From an uncultured virus (IMG/VR IMGVR_UViG_3300011114_000889) (Duplodnaviria > Heunggongvirae > Uroviricota > Caudoviricetes), in IMG/VR virus record IMGVR_UViG_3300011114_000889: a stretch of 64,000 nt of DNA. One strand, 5' to 3'. Below are positions 56,549 to 64,000 of this stretch, one piece after another. Under the pieces are notes generated by a model. The model was not told the DNA's origin. It did not search any database and worked only from the letters and a program-made list of their open reading frames with translations. A program made the translations under genes and the position numbers. Position 1 is the stretch's first letter; the number at the start of each line of letters is the position of its first letter.

Positions 56549-58888
56549 TTATTTTGTTTTGCGAGCTGCATCTACAAGATGCACATACTCGACAGTGCCT
56601 TCTGTTGCGTACTCCATTACATCTGTTTGCCAGTTATTGTGGCGAAGTAATGGATACCTCGAAGCTATTGCAGTTCCCTCACCTTTCAGATCATAAGAAG
56701 GCTTGGGCAACGACGCTTTGAGCTGCTGGTAAACGCCTTTCTTATCATCATTGTTTGATCGGCCAAGAGCCCAAGTATTCTGTGGTTCTTCAAGCCAAGC
56801 TGGCAAGTCTTTCTCATTGTTCTCCAGTCCGCCAACCATATCCAGAATCTTATCCATAAAGATTCGGAACGGGCTGTCGGACTTGATGTCTTTGAGTGGA
56901 CCAGTCTTGGGGTTGGCCCAACGATCAAAGGAACATCGCTCAAAGAAGCAACCCTCTTTCCTAAACCGATCGCTGTTATACGACCCTCGAGAGTTGAAGA
57001 AATGCAAGACAGCATAGCGATCAGCAATCTTCTGAGCTTTGTCGGGGTTAGCCTTGAGGAAGGCTTGTGTCCCCTGCTCGATTGCATCCTGCAATTTAGT
57101 CCAAGTTGCATCAACCTTCTTGGCGACATCAGCCTCCTTCACGCCATAGATTTGATCGCAATACCCGATTGCTTTCAAGTATTCTTTTGCCCGATACAGA
57201 GGATAATACTCCTCCATATCATAGTCCTTACCAGGCATTGACCACTTGAATTGGTCTAGTATTACATAGACTTTCTTGCCAGTCGTAGGTGCTGCTGAGA
57301 TTCCCCAATAGTCACTACGTTTGTCTTGGCGTTGATACTTCGCATATAAAGCAAACACATTCCCCTTGGTGTGCTTTACATTCTTATCGTATTCAACCTC
57401 AACACCATTCGCATCGACACCTTTCTGTTTCGGTGGGGGCATTGGCAGAGACGACACTTGTTGGAATGTCGTCGTTGCGAACCACGGGAGAGTCTTGTTG
57501 AGAAACTCTCGGCCACCGTTTTTATAGTTGATGATGGTCACGGTCGCGCCAACAGGACCGCTGTTCATCAGCCAGTGACGAACGCGAGCTTCACCAGAGC
57601 CAGTGCCAGTATCGTTGATCATAACGATTGCGTCTTTGTGGACCACCAGTTCATCGACCTCACGATCGACATTGAACTTAGCCTTGCCCCAACTACGCTT
57701 ACTTATACTCATAGCACTGACACCGTGAGACTTAAGCAAGTCGATTTCAGTCTGGTCTTTCTTGAGTGGCGAAGCACACAAGGGGATTCGATTATCGTCA
57801 TGCATATCGATTCCTTTCCACTTCAACTTACCCTTCAGCTTCTTGACGATTCCCTCACGGAAACTGGAGGAACTGTATCCGCCAGTACCAGTGAACCTAC
57901 GCAAGATCAAGTGAGCTTGGAAGTAATCTGGAGCCGCTTGAATGTCAGCAAGCAAGGTCGACCCCATCGAGTCAATGACTGGATTGAGATGCTTGACCAA
58001 GCCTTGAATCGTCTTCTGCGAATACTGCAAGTCCTCACGAGATGGAGCGACTTGGACATCGCCAAGATCGACCCGCACGTAGACTCCAGCATCAATCAAC
58101 TGCTTGATTACTGGCGAGCCAGAGAAGTCGGACTTGAGCGGATAAAGCACAAGACCCATCTGGAGCCAACTGTTACCTTCACCATTGAAAGACCAGTTGG
58201 TTCCTTTGATGATGCCATCCTTGTATGTCTGAGTGGCATATGCTTTCTTCTCTTCTGGACTTAGGTTGACGATGTCAGGCCGAACATCAAAGACACGATA
58301 GACCTGAATCGCAGTTTCGCGAAACCGACTAACGTCGTTTGGCCTTACTGGAATCGAGATTTCGACACCAGAGGGTTCGTTGGTCTTGGTCTCGCTTAAC
58401 AGCGATGCCTTGCCCACCTCACTCTCATCGATGTGGCAGTTCCAGATTCTCTTGACTCCGTCTTTATGCGGGGTAACCCCGTTGTAGTCGGTAACCGTGA
58501 TGGCATCCGTGTAGGCACCATACGATTTGCAACCGATACCAAGACAGCCAGTGAAGGCGTTGCTTGTCCGCTTGTCGCTACCGCCATACGAGCAGAACAG
58601 CTCTTGGAACTTCTCCTTGCCAAGTCCCGGACCGAAGTCACGAATCGTGAAGACTGGCTTCATACCAGTCGGAAGCGAGACTTGGATGGGCTTGTTGGTT
58701 TTACCGTTGAGGATATGACCCTCGCAGGCATTGGTGCCGTACTCACGCACTACCGCTCTGATTGGATCAGAGTAAGCTTTGCGTAGGATACTGGCGATGT
58801 GACCGAGGTTGGACGCATCGATCTTATAATCGATTGTGTCGCTAACCCCGCTTGATACTGGCGTGTTTCTACTTGACGTGATTATCAT
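56549..58888 (-). CDS. rIIA: RIIA-like protein with N-terminal GHKL ATPase
   Basis: YSDPIRAVVREYGTNA, IRDFGPGL, SDKR.SN..TGCLGIGCKS, PSREDLQY. Upstream of rIIB. Confidence 0.92.
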   Translation of the reverse strand: MIITSSRNTPVSSGVSDTIDYKIDASNLGHIASILRKAYSDPIRAVVREYGTNACEGHILNGKTNKPIQVSLPTGMKPVFTIRDFGPGLGKEKFQELFCSYGGSDKRTSNAFTGCLGIGCKSYGAYTDAITVTDYNGVTPHKDGVKRIWNCHIDESEVGKASLLSETKTNEPSGVEISIPVRPNDVSRFRETAIQVYRVFDVRPDIVNLSPEEKKAYATQTYKDGIIKGTNWSFNGEGNSWLQMGLVLYPLKSDFSGSPVIKQLIDAGVYVRVDLGDVQVAPSREDLQYSQKTIQGLVKHLNPVIDSMGSTLLADIQAAPDYFQAHLILRRFTGTGGYSSSSFREGIVKKLKGKLKWKGIDMHDDNRIPLCASPLKKDQTEIDLLKSHGVSAMSISKRSWGKAKFNVDREVDELVVHKDAIVMINDTGTGSGEARVRHWLMNSGPVGATVTIINYKNGGREFLNKTLPWFATTTFQQVSSLPMPPPKQKGVDANGVEVEYDKNVKHTKGNVFALYAKYQRQDKRSDYWGISAAPTTGKKVYVILDQFKWSMPGKDYDMEEYYPLYRAKEYLKAIGYCDQIYGVKEADVAKKVDATWTKLQDAIEQGTQAFLKANPDKAQKIADRYAVLHFFNSRGSYNSDRFRKEGCFFERCSFDRWANPKTGPLKDIKSDSPFRIFMDKILDMVGGLENNEKDLPAWLEEPQNTWALGRSNNDDKKGVYQQLKASLPKPSYDLKGEGTAIASRYPLLRHNNWQTDVMEYATEGTVEYVHLVDAARKTK

Positions 58889-59078
58889 TTAGTTTTTCCT
58901 TTCTATCGAGTTCAATTCTCCAGACGATGGCTTCTCCATCCTCGTAACGGGAAGCAATGCTTCGCGCATCCTCGAGATGAATAAACATCTGGTCGTTGAG
59001 TAATACATTGTCTTTGTCAAACAAAGCGTAGCCATCCCACTTTGTTATCTCGTCTGCAATCTTTACAGCTTCACTCAC
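58869..59078 (-). CDS. Hypothetical protein
   Basis: Small packed ORF in the early operon. Confidence 0.55.
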   Translation of the reverse strand: MSEAVKIADEITKWDGYALFDKDNVLLNDQMFIHLEDARSIASRYEDGEAIVWRIELDRKEKLNDNHVK

Positions 59079-59388
59079 CTGTAGGAATCCTACGAGCTGT
59101 GAAGTGCCACTCTTCGCTCGAGACTGTTGAAGCCTCGATGATGTGATTCACTTGCTCTGGTGTAAGATACTTGAGCAGGTTGGATTTGAGCAAAGGTTTG
59201 GCAAGTCTTGCCTTATCGTGCTCGTCCATCTGAACCGTGAAGTGCTGGCCTATCCAGCTTTTGATTCCCTGCTTCGCGGATTCTAGGAATAGACTCCGAT
59301 ACTCTTTGCGTTTCTCGTTCGATAGCTTGAGCCACTCGGTCGCCCGACCGAACTCATCTACCACTTCTGATGGTATTGTTAGTTCCAT
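59071..59388 (-). CDS. Hypothetical protein
   Basis: Probable start MELTIP after an AAAGGACAC RBS. Confidence 0.6.
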   Translation of the reverse strand: MELTIPSEVVDEFGRATEWLKLSNEKRKEYRSLFLESAKQGIKSWIGQHFTVQMDEHDKARLAKPLLKSNLLKYLTPEQVNHIIEASTVSSEEWHFTARRIPTGE

Positions 59389-59417
59389 ATTGTGTCCTTT
59401 CATTTTGGTTTTCGTTT

Positions 59418-59473
59418 GTTTCCGCCCACACGGGCAGACCGACACGCCCTCATCAGGCGTGCGGGGTCTGACC
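59418..59473 (-). repeat. Structured intergenic element, copy B
   Basis: AGACCC-hairpin-GTCTG-CCCG-TGT-GGGC-GGAAAC. Resembles 62882..62944. Confidence 0.5.
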
Positions 59474-59474
59474 A

Positions 59475-59657
59475 TCAAGACCAAGTAGCTTTGCCAACTG
59501 GGTTGCCGTTCTCATCCCGAATGATGTATTTTTCGGTAGGAAAATCAGCAACATCAAAAGACAATTGGCTGAGAATACGGGACAACTCAAGTTCTGGAGT
59601 GTCCTCAAAAACCGAGTTATCCATTTTAATTTCTAATTTGAACTTTGCCATACACAC
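59475..59657 (-). CDS. Hypothetical protein
   Basis: F.LEI..DN..F...P..EL.RIL...IRDENGNPVG pattern. AAGGAGG RBS. Confidence 0.65.
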   Translation of the reverse strand: MCMAKFKLEIKMDNSVFEDTPELELSRILSQLSFDVADFPTEKYIIRDENGNPVGKATWS

Positions 59658-59665
59658 CTCCTTTC

Positions 59666-59992
59666 TTAATCAGCCATTTCAGCCGCCCGTTCTTCCGCGG
59701 TTTCGTAGGTCGCTTGATACAAAGCTTCCTGCGCAGCCTCGACAAGTTCTTTAGAAGGTTCTGGAACTTCTTCCATTCCTTCGTCTGGATAGATTGCCAA
59801 GCTATCGAACTCACATTCCGAGAACTCGCTTTGGTTGACAATCTGGCTGTCATAACCACGCGAACCCCAGAACTCATAAGGTCCGATGCCGACATCTTCC
59901 TTCTCGGTGTTGTGGATGGCTGTACCAGTTACCGAATACTTCTTGCCGTCGTATTCGAACTTCACATCATCCTTCTCAACTTCGATTCTCAT
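59666..59992 (-). CDS. Acidic hypothetical protein
   Basis: GIGPYEFWG.RGYD motif. ATGA-coupled. Confidence 0.68.
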   Translation of the reverse strand: MRIEVEKDDVKFEYDGKKYSVTGTAIHNTEKEDVGIGPYEFWGSRGYDSQIVNQSEFSECEFDSLAIYPDEGMEEVPEPSKELVEAAQEALYQATYETAEERAAEMAD

Positions 59993-60240
59993 AGACCATT
60001 CAGAGCTAAGAAATTACGGCCGTCATCGACCGCTTTCTGCGCATCTGTCCTCTTGTATTTCTTGCGAGTAAACCCACTCACAATCTCCATACAGAGTTTG
60101 GGTGTTACGCCTCGTGATACACGCATCCGACCACCTGATCGAATGTGAGTCTCAAGACCCTGAACAGCGAGCAATAGGCGAAACCTATTGATGCTTTCTC
60201 CTGTTAACATAGTTCCGCAGTTTAGTTGTTTTACGCTCAT
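59989..60240 (-). CDS. Hypothetical protein
   Basis: Probable start MSVKQL after AAGGAGGACACT. Confidence 0.62.
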   Translation of the reverse strand: MSVKQLNCGTMLTGESINRFRLLLAVQGLETHIRSGGRMRVSRGVTPKLCMEIVSGFTRKKYKRTDAQKAVDDGRNFLALNGL

Positions 60241-60250
60241 AGTGTCCTCC

Positions 60251-60463
60251 TTATGTAATGATTGCGCGGTTGTCTTGAATGACGATGCTACTGGCATCGC
60301 CCCATACAACTGCGAGTGGTTGCTTCTTGCGTTTTCGATCGTGTGTAGCCACACGACAGTCAAAGCCTTTGATGGGGACGCACTGGTTCTGGTAGTGGAT
60401 TGTCCACCAGACATCTTTGCGTTGTTGCGTCAAAGGTTTGTTGAAGTGGTAGAAGAATCTCAT
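60251..60463 (-). CDS. Hypothetical protein
   Basis: RFFYHFNKP...WTIHY...C...QP pattern. Packed ORF. Confidence 0.62.
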   Translation of the reverse strand: MRFFYHFNKPLTQQRKDVWWTIHYQNQCVPIKGFDCRVATHDRKRKKQPLAVVWGDASSIVIQDNRAIIT

Positions 60464-60465
60464 GA

Positions 60466-60873
60466 CTAGTCCGATGCGTAGTGGTAGATCTTCTCGTATA
60501 AAAGATCGGGGTGCTCGGAGGCTAGCTCATTGAGTTCTTCGTCCGTCATATCAGTGCCGTCTTTGAACTGACCAGCACTGAAGTAGGCATCGGAGAAGTC
60601 TGGAGCATCTCTGCCGTCAACACCGTCAATCTCGAGAGAACCAGTGTCCACAACCTTGTGAACACGCCTCCCATCCTTAAGCGTATGGATTCTCTGAAGG
60701 ACTATTAATCCGTCAGCCTTATCCATTGCTTGCTGGATTACTCTGTTCTCTTTGTCTACCAATAGCCAATGCTCGAAACCGTCCGCTCTATCTTGTTCGG
60801 TAATTTCGAAGCGATCACTCTTGTTATAAAAGTTTGGGATACTCATAGTCTTACTCCTTCTGACTTCGCCCAT
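60466..60873 (-). CDS. Hypothetical protein
   Basis: EIDGVD.RD.PDFSDAY...MTDEEL.EL acidic motif. Probable start is the internal MSIPNF. Confidence 0.65.
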   Translation of the reverse strand: MGEVRRSKTMSIPNFYNKSDRFEITEQDRADGFEHWLLVDKENRVIQQAMDKADGLIVLQRIHTLKDGRRVHKVVDTGSLEIDGVDGRDAPDFSDAYFSAGQFKDGTDMTDEELNELASEHPDLLYEKIYHYASD

Positions 60874-61112
60874 AAATACAAATGCTCATCATTGTCTATC
60901 CACAGGCGGCGTTCTCGATCATTTAGCTGGTGATCATTCCCGCATTGTTTGCGTATATGTTCATCAATCTCAGATCGATTCTCTTTAATAAAAGATACAA
61001 TTGCTTTTCGTTTCATAGTGTTTCCTCCACTGGTTTGATTTGATAGCCGTATGCCCAATGCCCATTGTCCAGATCGAAAACGCAGTTCTCGATAATGGTT
61101 GTAGGCACCCAA
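60843..61112 (-). CDS. Hypothetical protein
   Basis: FIKENRSEID...NDRERRLWI.NDE.LY.WA. Probable start is the internal MKRKAI after GGAGG. Confidence 0.62.
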   Translation of the reverse strand: MGAYNHYRELRFRSGQWALGIRLSNQTSGGNTMKRKAIVSFIKENRSEIDEHIRKQCGNDHQLNDRERRLWIDNDEHLYLWAKSEGVRL

Positions 61113-61261
61113 GGCACAAGGAGACCATTCTCTTTCTGGCCTGGACGGACAAGTTCAATCCTATGAACCTTGGCCTTTTCCCAGCCATCGTTGCCGAAGC
61201 TTCCGCGCCACCACACAGTGTCGCCTTTGCGAATCTCTTGCGGGATAAGCTTGGCAGTCAT
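61013..61261 (-). CDS. Hypothetical protein (SH3-like pattern)
   Basis: IRKGDTVWWRG.FG...LDNGHWAYGYQI. GAGGAG RBS. Confidence 0.65.
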   Translation of the reverse strand: MTAKLIPQEIRKGDTVWWRGSFGNDGWEKAKVHRIELVRPGQKENGLLVPWVPTTIIENCVFDLDNGHWAYGYQIKPVEETL

Positions 61262-61593
61262 CGCATCATCTCCTCGATAAACATCGGGGTATACTCTCCG
61301 ACATAAGCCCAGCGGGTATTGAAGTTGAAGTATTCTTCAGCTTCATCCCAGCTCCACTTGTTGTCCAGTTGAAGTTGGTGGATGCAGGAAAAGATTCCAT
61401 ACACCGCCACTTGTGCTCCGTGTTCACCATCTCGATAGGCAAGACCAAGGAAAGCTTTGTCCAAGCCATCGGCTAGGATGATATTTTCCTTGTGCTCGTC
61501 ATCGGCATAGATATCGATGAAGTCAAGTATCTTGAGCCTGCCGAGCTGTTCTTGAGTCAGCTTCTTCTTAACTGATTTCGTCTTGGTAGCCAT
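61258..61593 (-). CDS. Hypothetical phage protein
   Basis: ADGLDKAFLG...AVY...EAEEYFNFNT..AYVGEYTP.F motif. Confidence 0.75.
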   Translation of the reverse strand: MATKTKSVKKKLTQEQLGRLKILDFIDIYADDEHKENIILADGLDKAFLGLAYRDGEHGAQVAVYGIFSCIHQLQLDNKWSWDEAEEYFNFNTRWAYVGEYTPMFIEEMMR

Positions 61594-61957
61594 TGGATTC
61601 CTTTCTCATTAGGGCATCGACTTTGGCTTCGATGGCCTTGATGGTTGTGACGAACGCATCGAGTTCAGATTTCTTCAATACTCCAGAGTTGAAGTGATAA
61701 TACATTTCATCACTGGCGGTTCTGCCTTGGGCTCCGTATTCAAATACGGGACCGACGTGACACACTGCTCTATAACCTTTTGGGTTAGAGTAGTAGAACG
61801 CATAAGCTCCGCCTTCTGCTGGAGTTGGAACTCTGTTTGTTCTGATGGTCACCTTCCCTTTCGGGAAGTCTGCCGTCGAGGTTCGGTCGATAGGAGTCAG
61901 CCCCAGCCTTCGCTGGAGCGTTCCCTTTTCAGCTACGACTTCGATTGGGTAACTCAT
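61568..61957 (-). CDS. Hypothetical protein
   Basis: Packed minus-strand ORF. Confidence 0.6.
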   Translation of the reverse strand: MSYPIEVVAEKGTLQRRLGLTPIDRTSTADFPKGKVTIRTNRVPTPAEGGAYAFYYSNPKGYRAVCHVGPVFEYGAQGRTASDEMYYHFNSGVLKKSELDAFVTTIKAIEAKVDALMRKESNGYQDEIS

Positions 61958-62125
61958 CGAGCCAACTTGATCATCAGCGTGCCGATGACAAGCTCCAAGT
62001 AGATGAGTGCCGAATTACCACCGCGGTAGAGTTCAAAGCCGAGAGGCCGAAACTCCATGTTAGCCACAATGGCATTGTTGAATCTGTTTGCGAAGAAGTG
62101 GAAACGCATCCACCCCCAACCAAGT

Positions 62126-62479
62126 TTAACTTTGATCATTGTCGTTCTCCTCATTGTTGATTGTTTCTTCGATGTCGATTCCCTGCTCCTTCTTGCGGGC
62201 ACGGAACAACCAGTCACCAGTCCACGAGCGGATAACCGCAAGCAAACGGCGGAAGGTTGGGTAACGCCACGGACGTTCCAGCTCACCCAAAGGCAGGCTG
62301 ACCCAGCGGGCGTCACCGACTTTCACATTCAGTTCCTTCGGCACCATTGTGTCATCGGTGTAGATGTCGCCAGCTACCTCGACCGCACCAGTGTTCAGGC
62401 GGAACTTCCGCCCAAGATTGTGACCTTTTAGAATCTCAATCATTTGGGCATCAACCCATAGCTTGTCCCCAGCTTTCAA
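62126..62479 (-). CDS. Hypothetical protein
   Basis: TTG start with GGAGG upstream. Confidence 0.55.
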   Translation of the reverse strand: MKAGDKLWVDAQMIEILKGHNLGRKFRLNTGAVEVAGDIYTDDTMVPKELNVKVGDARWVSLPLGELERPWRYPTFRRLLAVIRSWTGDWLFRARKKEQGIDIEETINNEENDNDQS

Positions 62480-62612
62480 GAGAGTTCCTCCGAAGCCATC
62501 TTAAGAAGACGGTGTAAGAGAATCGCAGCTGCGACTAAACAGCTTGGGATTACCATAAACGCACACACCAGTTGGATGATGATTGTCATCACCTCAAAGA
62601 ACTCCGCCCAAC

Positions 62613-62846
62613 TCACGAGACCACCTCGAAGTTTAGGCGCGTTCCAAATGCGCGGTTGTTGTGGTGTAGCTTGGTCAAGGCTTCTGCCCGAGCGTGATGC
62701 ACATCACGGACAGCATCGTCCTCGGTCAGACCTTCACCAGTCCAGCCATTCAAGCTGGCCATATAGTAACGGCCGTTCAGACTCCCGTCCGATGACACGC
62801 CGTGTTTCACTTCAATGACTATCTTACCTTCGTTATTCAGTTTCAT
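62613..62846 (-). CDS. Hypothetical protein
   Basis: ORF directly downstream of structured element A. Confidence 0.55.
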   Translation of the reverse strand: MKLNNEGKIVIEVKHGVSSDGSLNGRYYMASLNGWTGEGLTEDDAVRDVHHARAEALTKLHHNNRAFGTRLNFEVVS

Positions 62847-62881
62847 ATTTACTGATTCTTTCTTGGTTAGTGTTACTTCTC

Positions 62882-62944
62882 GTTTCCAGCCTATCGGTCA
62901 GACTTCTGACCTGCCCGCGGGCGACAGGTCAGTGGGTCTATCCG
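62882..62944 (-). repeat. Structured intergenic element, copy A
   Basis: AGACCC-(CTGACCTGTC/GGCAGGTCAG hairpin)-GTCTG-ACCG-ATA-GGCT-GGAAAC. Confidence 0.5.
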
Positions 62945-63022
62945 CCTAGTTGTTGCCGTGGTAAAGCTTTGGTGATGGCGTCTGATAAGCCAGCCAAATC
63001 CACAGCTTAATTCTCTCGACAC

Positions 63023-63349
63023 TCATCCGCACAGAACCCAAGCAAGCCCCATTGCTTTCTTGGTTACCTTGTTTCGTTGATAAGCTTCGTCGGGTGTCAT
63101 CATAGCTTTCTTGATGATGCTTCGATGAATATCAGTCAATGCATACTGATACTCCAAGCCTTCCTTGCGTTGCATCGCAATCCTGCGACGCCCCGCTCGG
63201 TTGGCCATCTTGACGTTTTTCTGCCAGTCTTTTTTATTCAGTCTGCGACCATAGTAAGCTTGGCTGGCGTTGGTTACGACGTGTTTGAGATCGATGGGTC
63301 TGCCTCTCATATGTCCCTCCCTCCGCTTTGGGTGATGACCATCTTCCAC
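63023..63349 (-). CDS. Basic hypothetical protein
   Basis: Probable start is the internal MRGRPI after GGAGGGAGG. Confidence 0.55.
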   Translation of the reverse strand: MEDGHHPKRREGHMRGRPIDLKHVVTNASQAYYGRRLNKKDWQKNVKMANRAGRRRIAMQRKEGLEYQYALTDIHRSIIKKAMMTPDEAYQRNKVTKKAMGLAWVLCG

Positions 63350-63684
63350 CGACCCATCTTTGAGATGTAAGCTCTGCGTCTGAACAGTTGTCCCGGGGCT
63401 TCGCAGTCGTCACGATCTACATCCATCCAGCTCGCATATTCCAGCGAGTGAATGAACGTGGGGTCATAGTGGTTGGGTAGTGGCATCTCGGATTCGAAGA
63501 TGTACCAGTGAGTCCAGCTATCGTCCGATGGTTCCTTGGACATATCAAATGCCCGTTTGCCAGCATATGCCGACATAGGGTGGTGGTTACGATAGCCAGT
63601 CTTAACCAGCTTGCCGTAGTACTCGATGCCGTTGAGTTGAATGTAAGCGTCGCTCATTTGGTTACCTCCCCATAGCCATCGCAT
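63307..63684 (-). CDS. Hypothetical protein
   Basis: Probable start is the internal MSDAYI after GGAGG. Confidence 0.6.
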   Translation of the reverse strand: MRWLWGGNQMSDAYIQLNGIEYYGKLVKTGYRNHHPMSAYAGKRAFDMSKEPSDDSWTHWYIFESEMPLPNHYDPTFIHSLEYASWMDVDRDDCEAPGQLFRRRAYISKMGRWKMVITQSGGRDI

Positions 63685-63857
63685 TCCTCGCAGTGCGAGG
63701 CCATGCCGTTAGGCCAAGTGTTGTTCCAATCCAAGCCCGTGCCCTTGCAAACAGGACAGGCAGTCTTGGTAGGGTCTGCACCTTCCGCTGTGCCCGCGGC
63801 GAAAGCTCCGAACTGCTCGGGAGTCCAGCGGGTCTGGCCGTTGATCTCGCGATTCAT
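63654..63857 (-). CDS. Small zinc-finger protein (DnaJ-type CxxCxGxG repeats)
   Basis: CPVCKGTG...CEECDGYG. GAGGA RBS. Confidence 0.65.
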   Translation of the reverse strand: MNREINGQTRWTPEQFGAFAAGTAEGADPTKTACPVCKGTGLDWNNTWPNGMASHCEECDGYGEVTK

Positions 63858-64000
63858 ACGGTTTCCTCCCCGAACTCGAAGGTGAAGGTGGAGTTGCCGT
63901 GCAGGTGCTGGACGTTAATCCAGTGGTCACCACAGGTGAACCGCCGTGTCCCGCCACGGGTCAGCTCACGCAAGAACTCGCCGATGGGCGTGTTCTCGGA

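Noticed and set aside
57371..58264. 297-aa plus-strand ORF
   Set aside because: Antisense shadow of rIIA with no RBS or recognisable motifs.
59418..59473. Hammerhead ribozyme (CTGATGAG and GAAAC present)
   Set aside because: CTGATGA sits in a hairpin loop, stem II and stem III pairings cannot be built, and copy A lacks the core.
1..64000. Stop-codon reassignment, integrase or prophage boundaries
   Set aside because: Core genes are intact under the standard code with all three stops used. No integrase, repressor or host genes recognised.

Overview
The window is most of a tailed dsDNA bacteriophage genome with a podovirus-like layout (no tape-measure, tail-tube or sheath gene recognised). It has three blocks. 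(1) 1-10.5 kb, minus strand, replication/recombination: Hjc-type resolvase, SF2 helicase, a Cas4-like nuclease split over two ORFs, an SSB-like protein, a DUF5664-like protein, family-A DNA polymerase, primase-helicase, then a 3D-domain protein and a trypsin-like protease cut by the window edge. (2) 10.5-52.1 kb, plus strand, morphogenesis: terminase, portal, scaffold, major capsid, a BspA-type LRR protein, a u-spanin-like/holin/CHAP lysis cassette, Gly-rich and Ig/beta-propeller tail proteins, internal virion proteins, a 4066-aa polyvalent protein, a GH73 hydrolase and a cluster of small basic proteins. (3) 52.1-64 kb, minus strand, early/accessory genes: HhH DNA glycosylase, GP88-like protein, rIIB/rIIA and many small ORFs. 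The most notable unexplained signals are: a sigma-factor-like module plus helicase, zincin-like and ART-like modules separated by PAPE linkers in the giant protein; a short helix motif shared by both scaffold termini and two unrelated proteins (candidate capsid cargo tag); a multi-hairpin leader with repeated loops before the capsid gene; a twice-repeated structured element in the early region; recurrent promoter spacing that implies leaderless mRNAs; and an Fe-S Cas4-like nuclease whose Cys ligands fall in two ORFs. All family calls come from motif recognition by eye. No searches or folding programs were run. No CRISPR array, tRNA, rRNA or integrase was recognised, and the host cannot be determined from this window.
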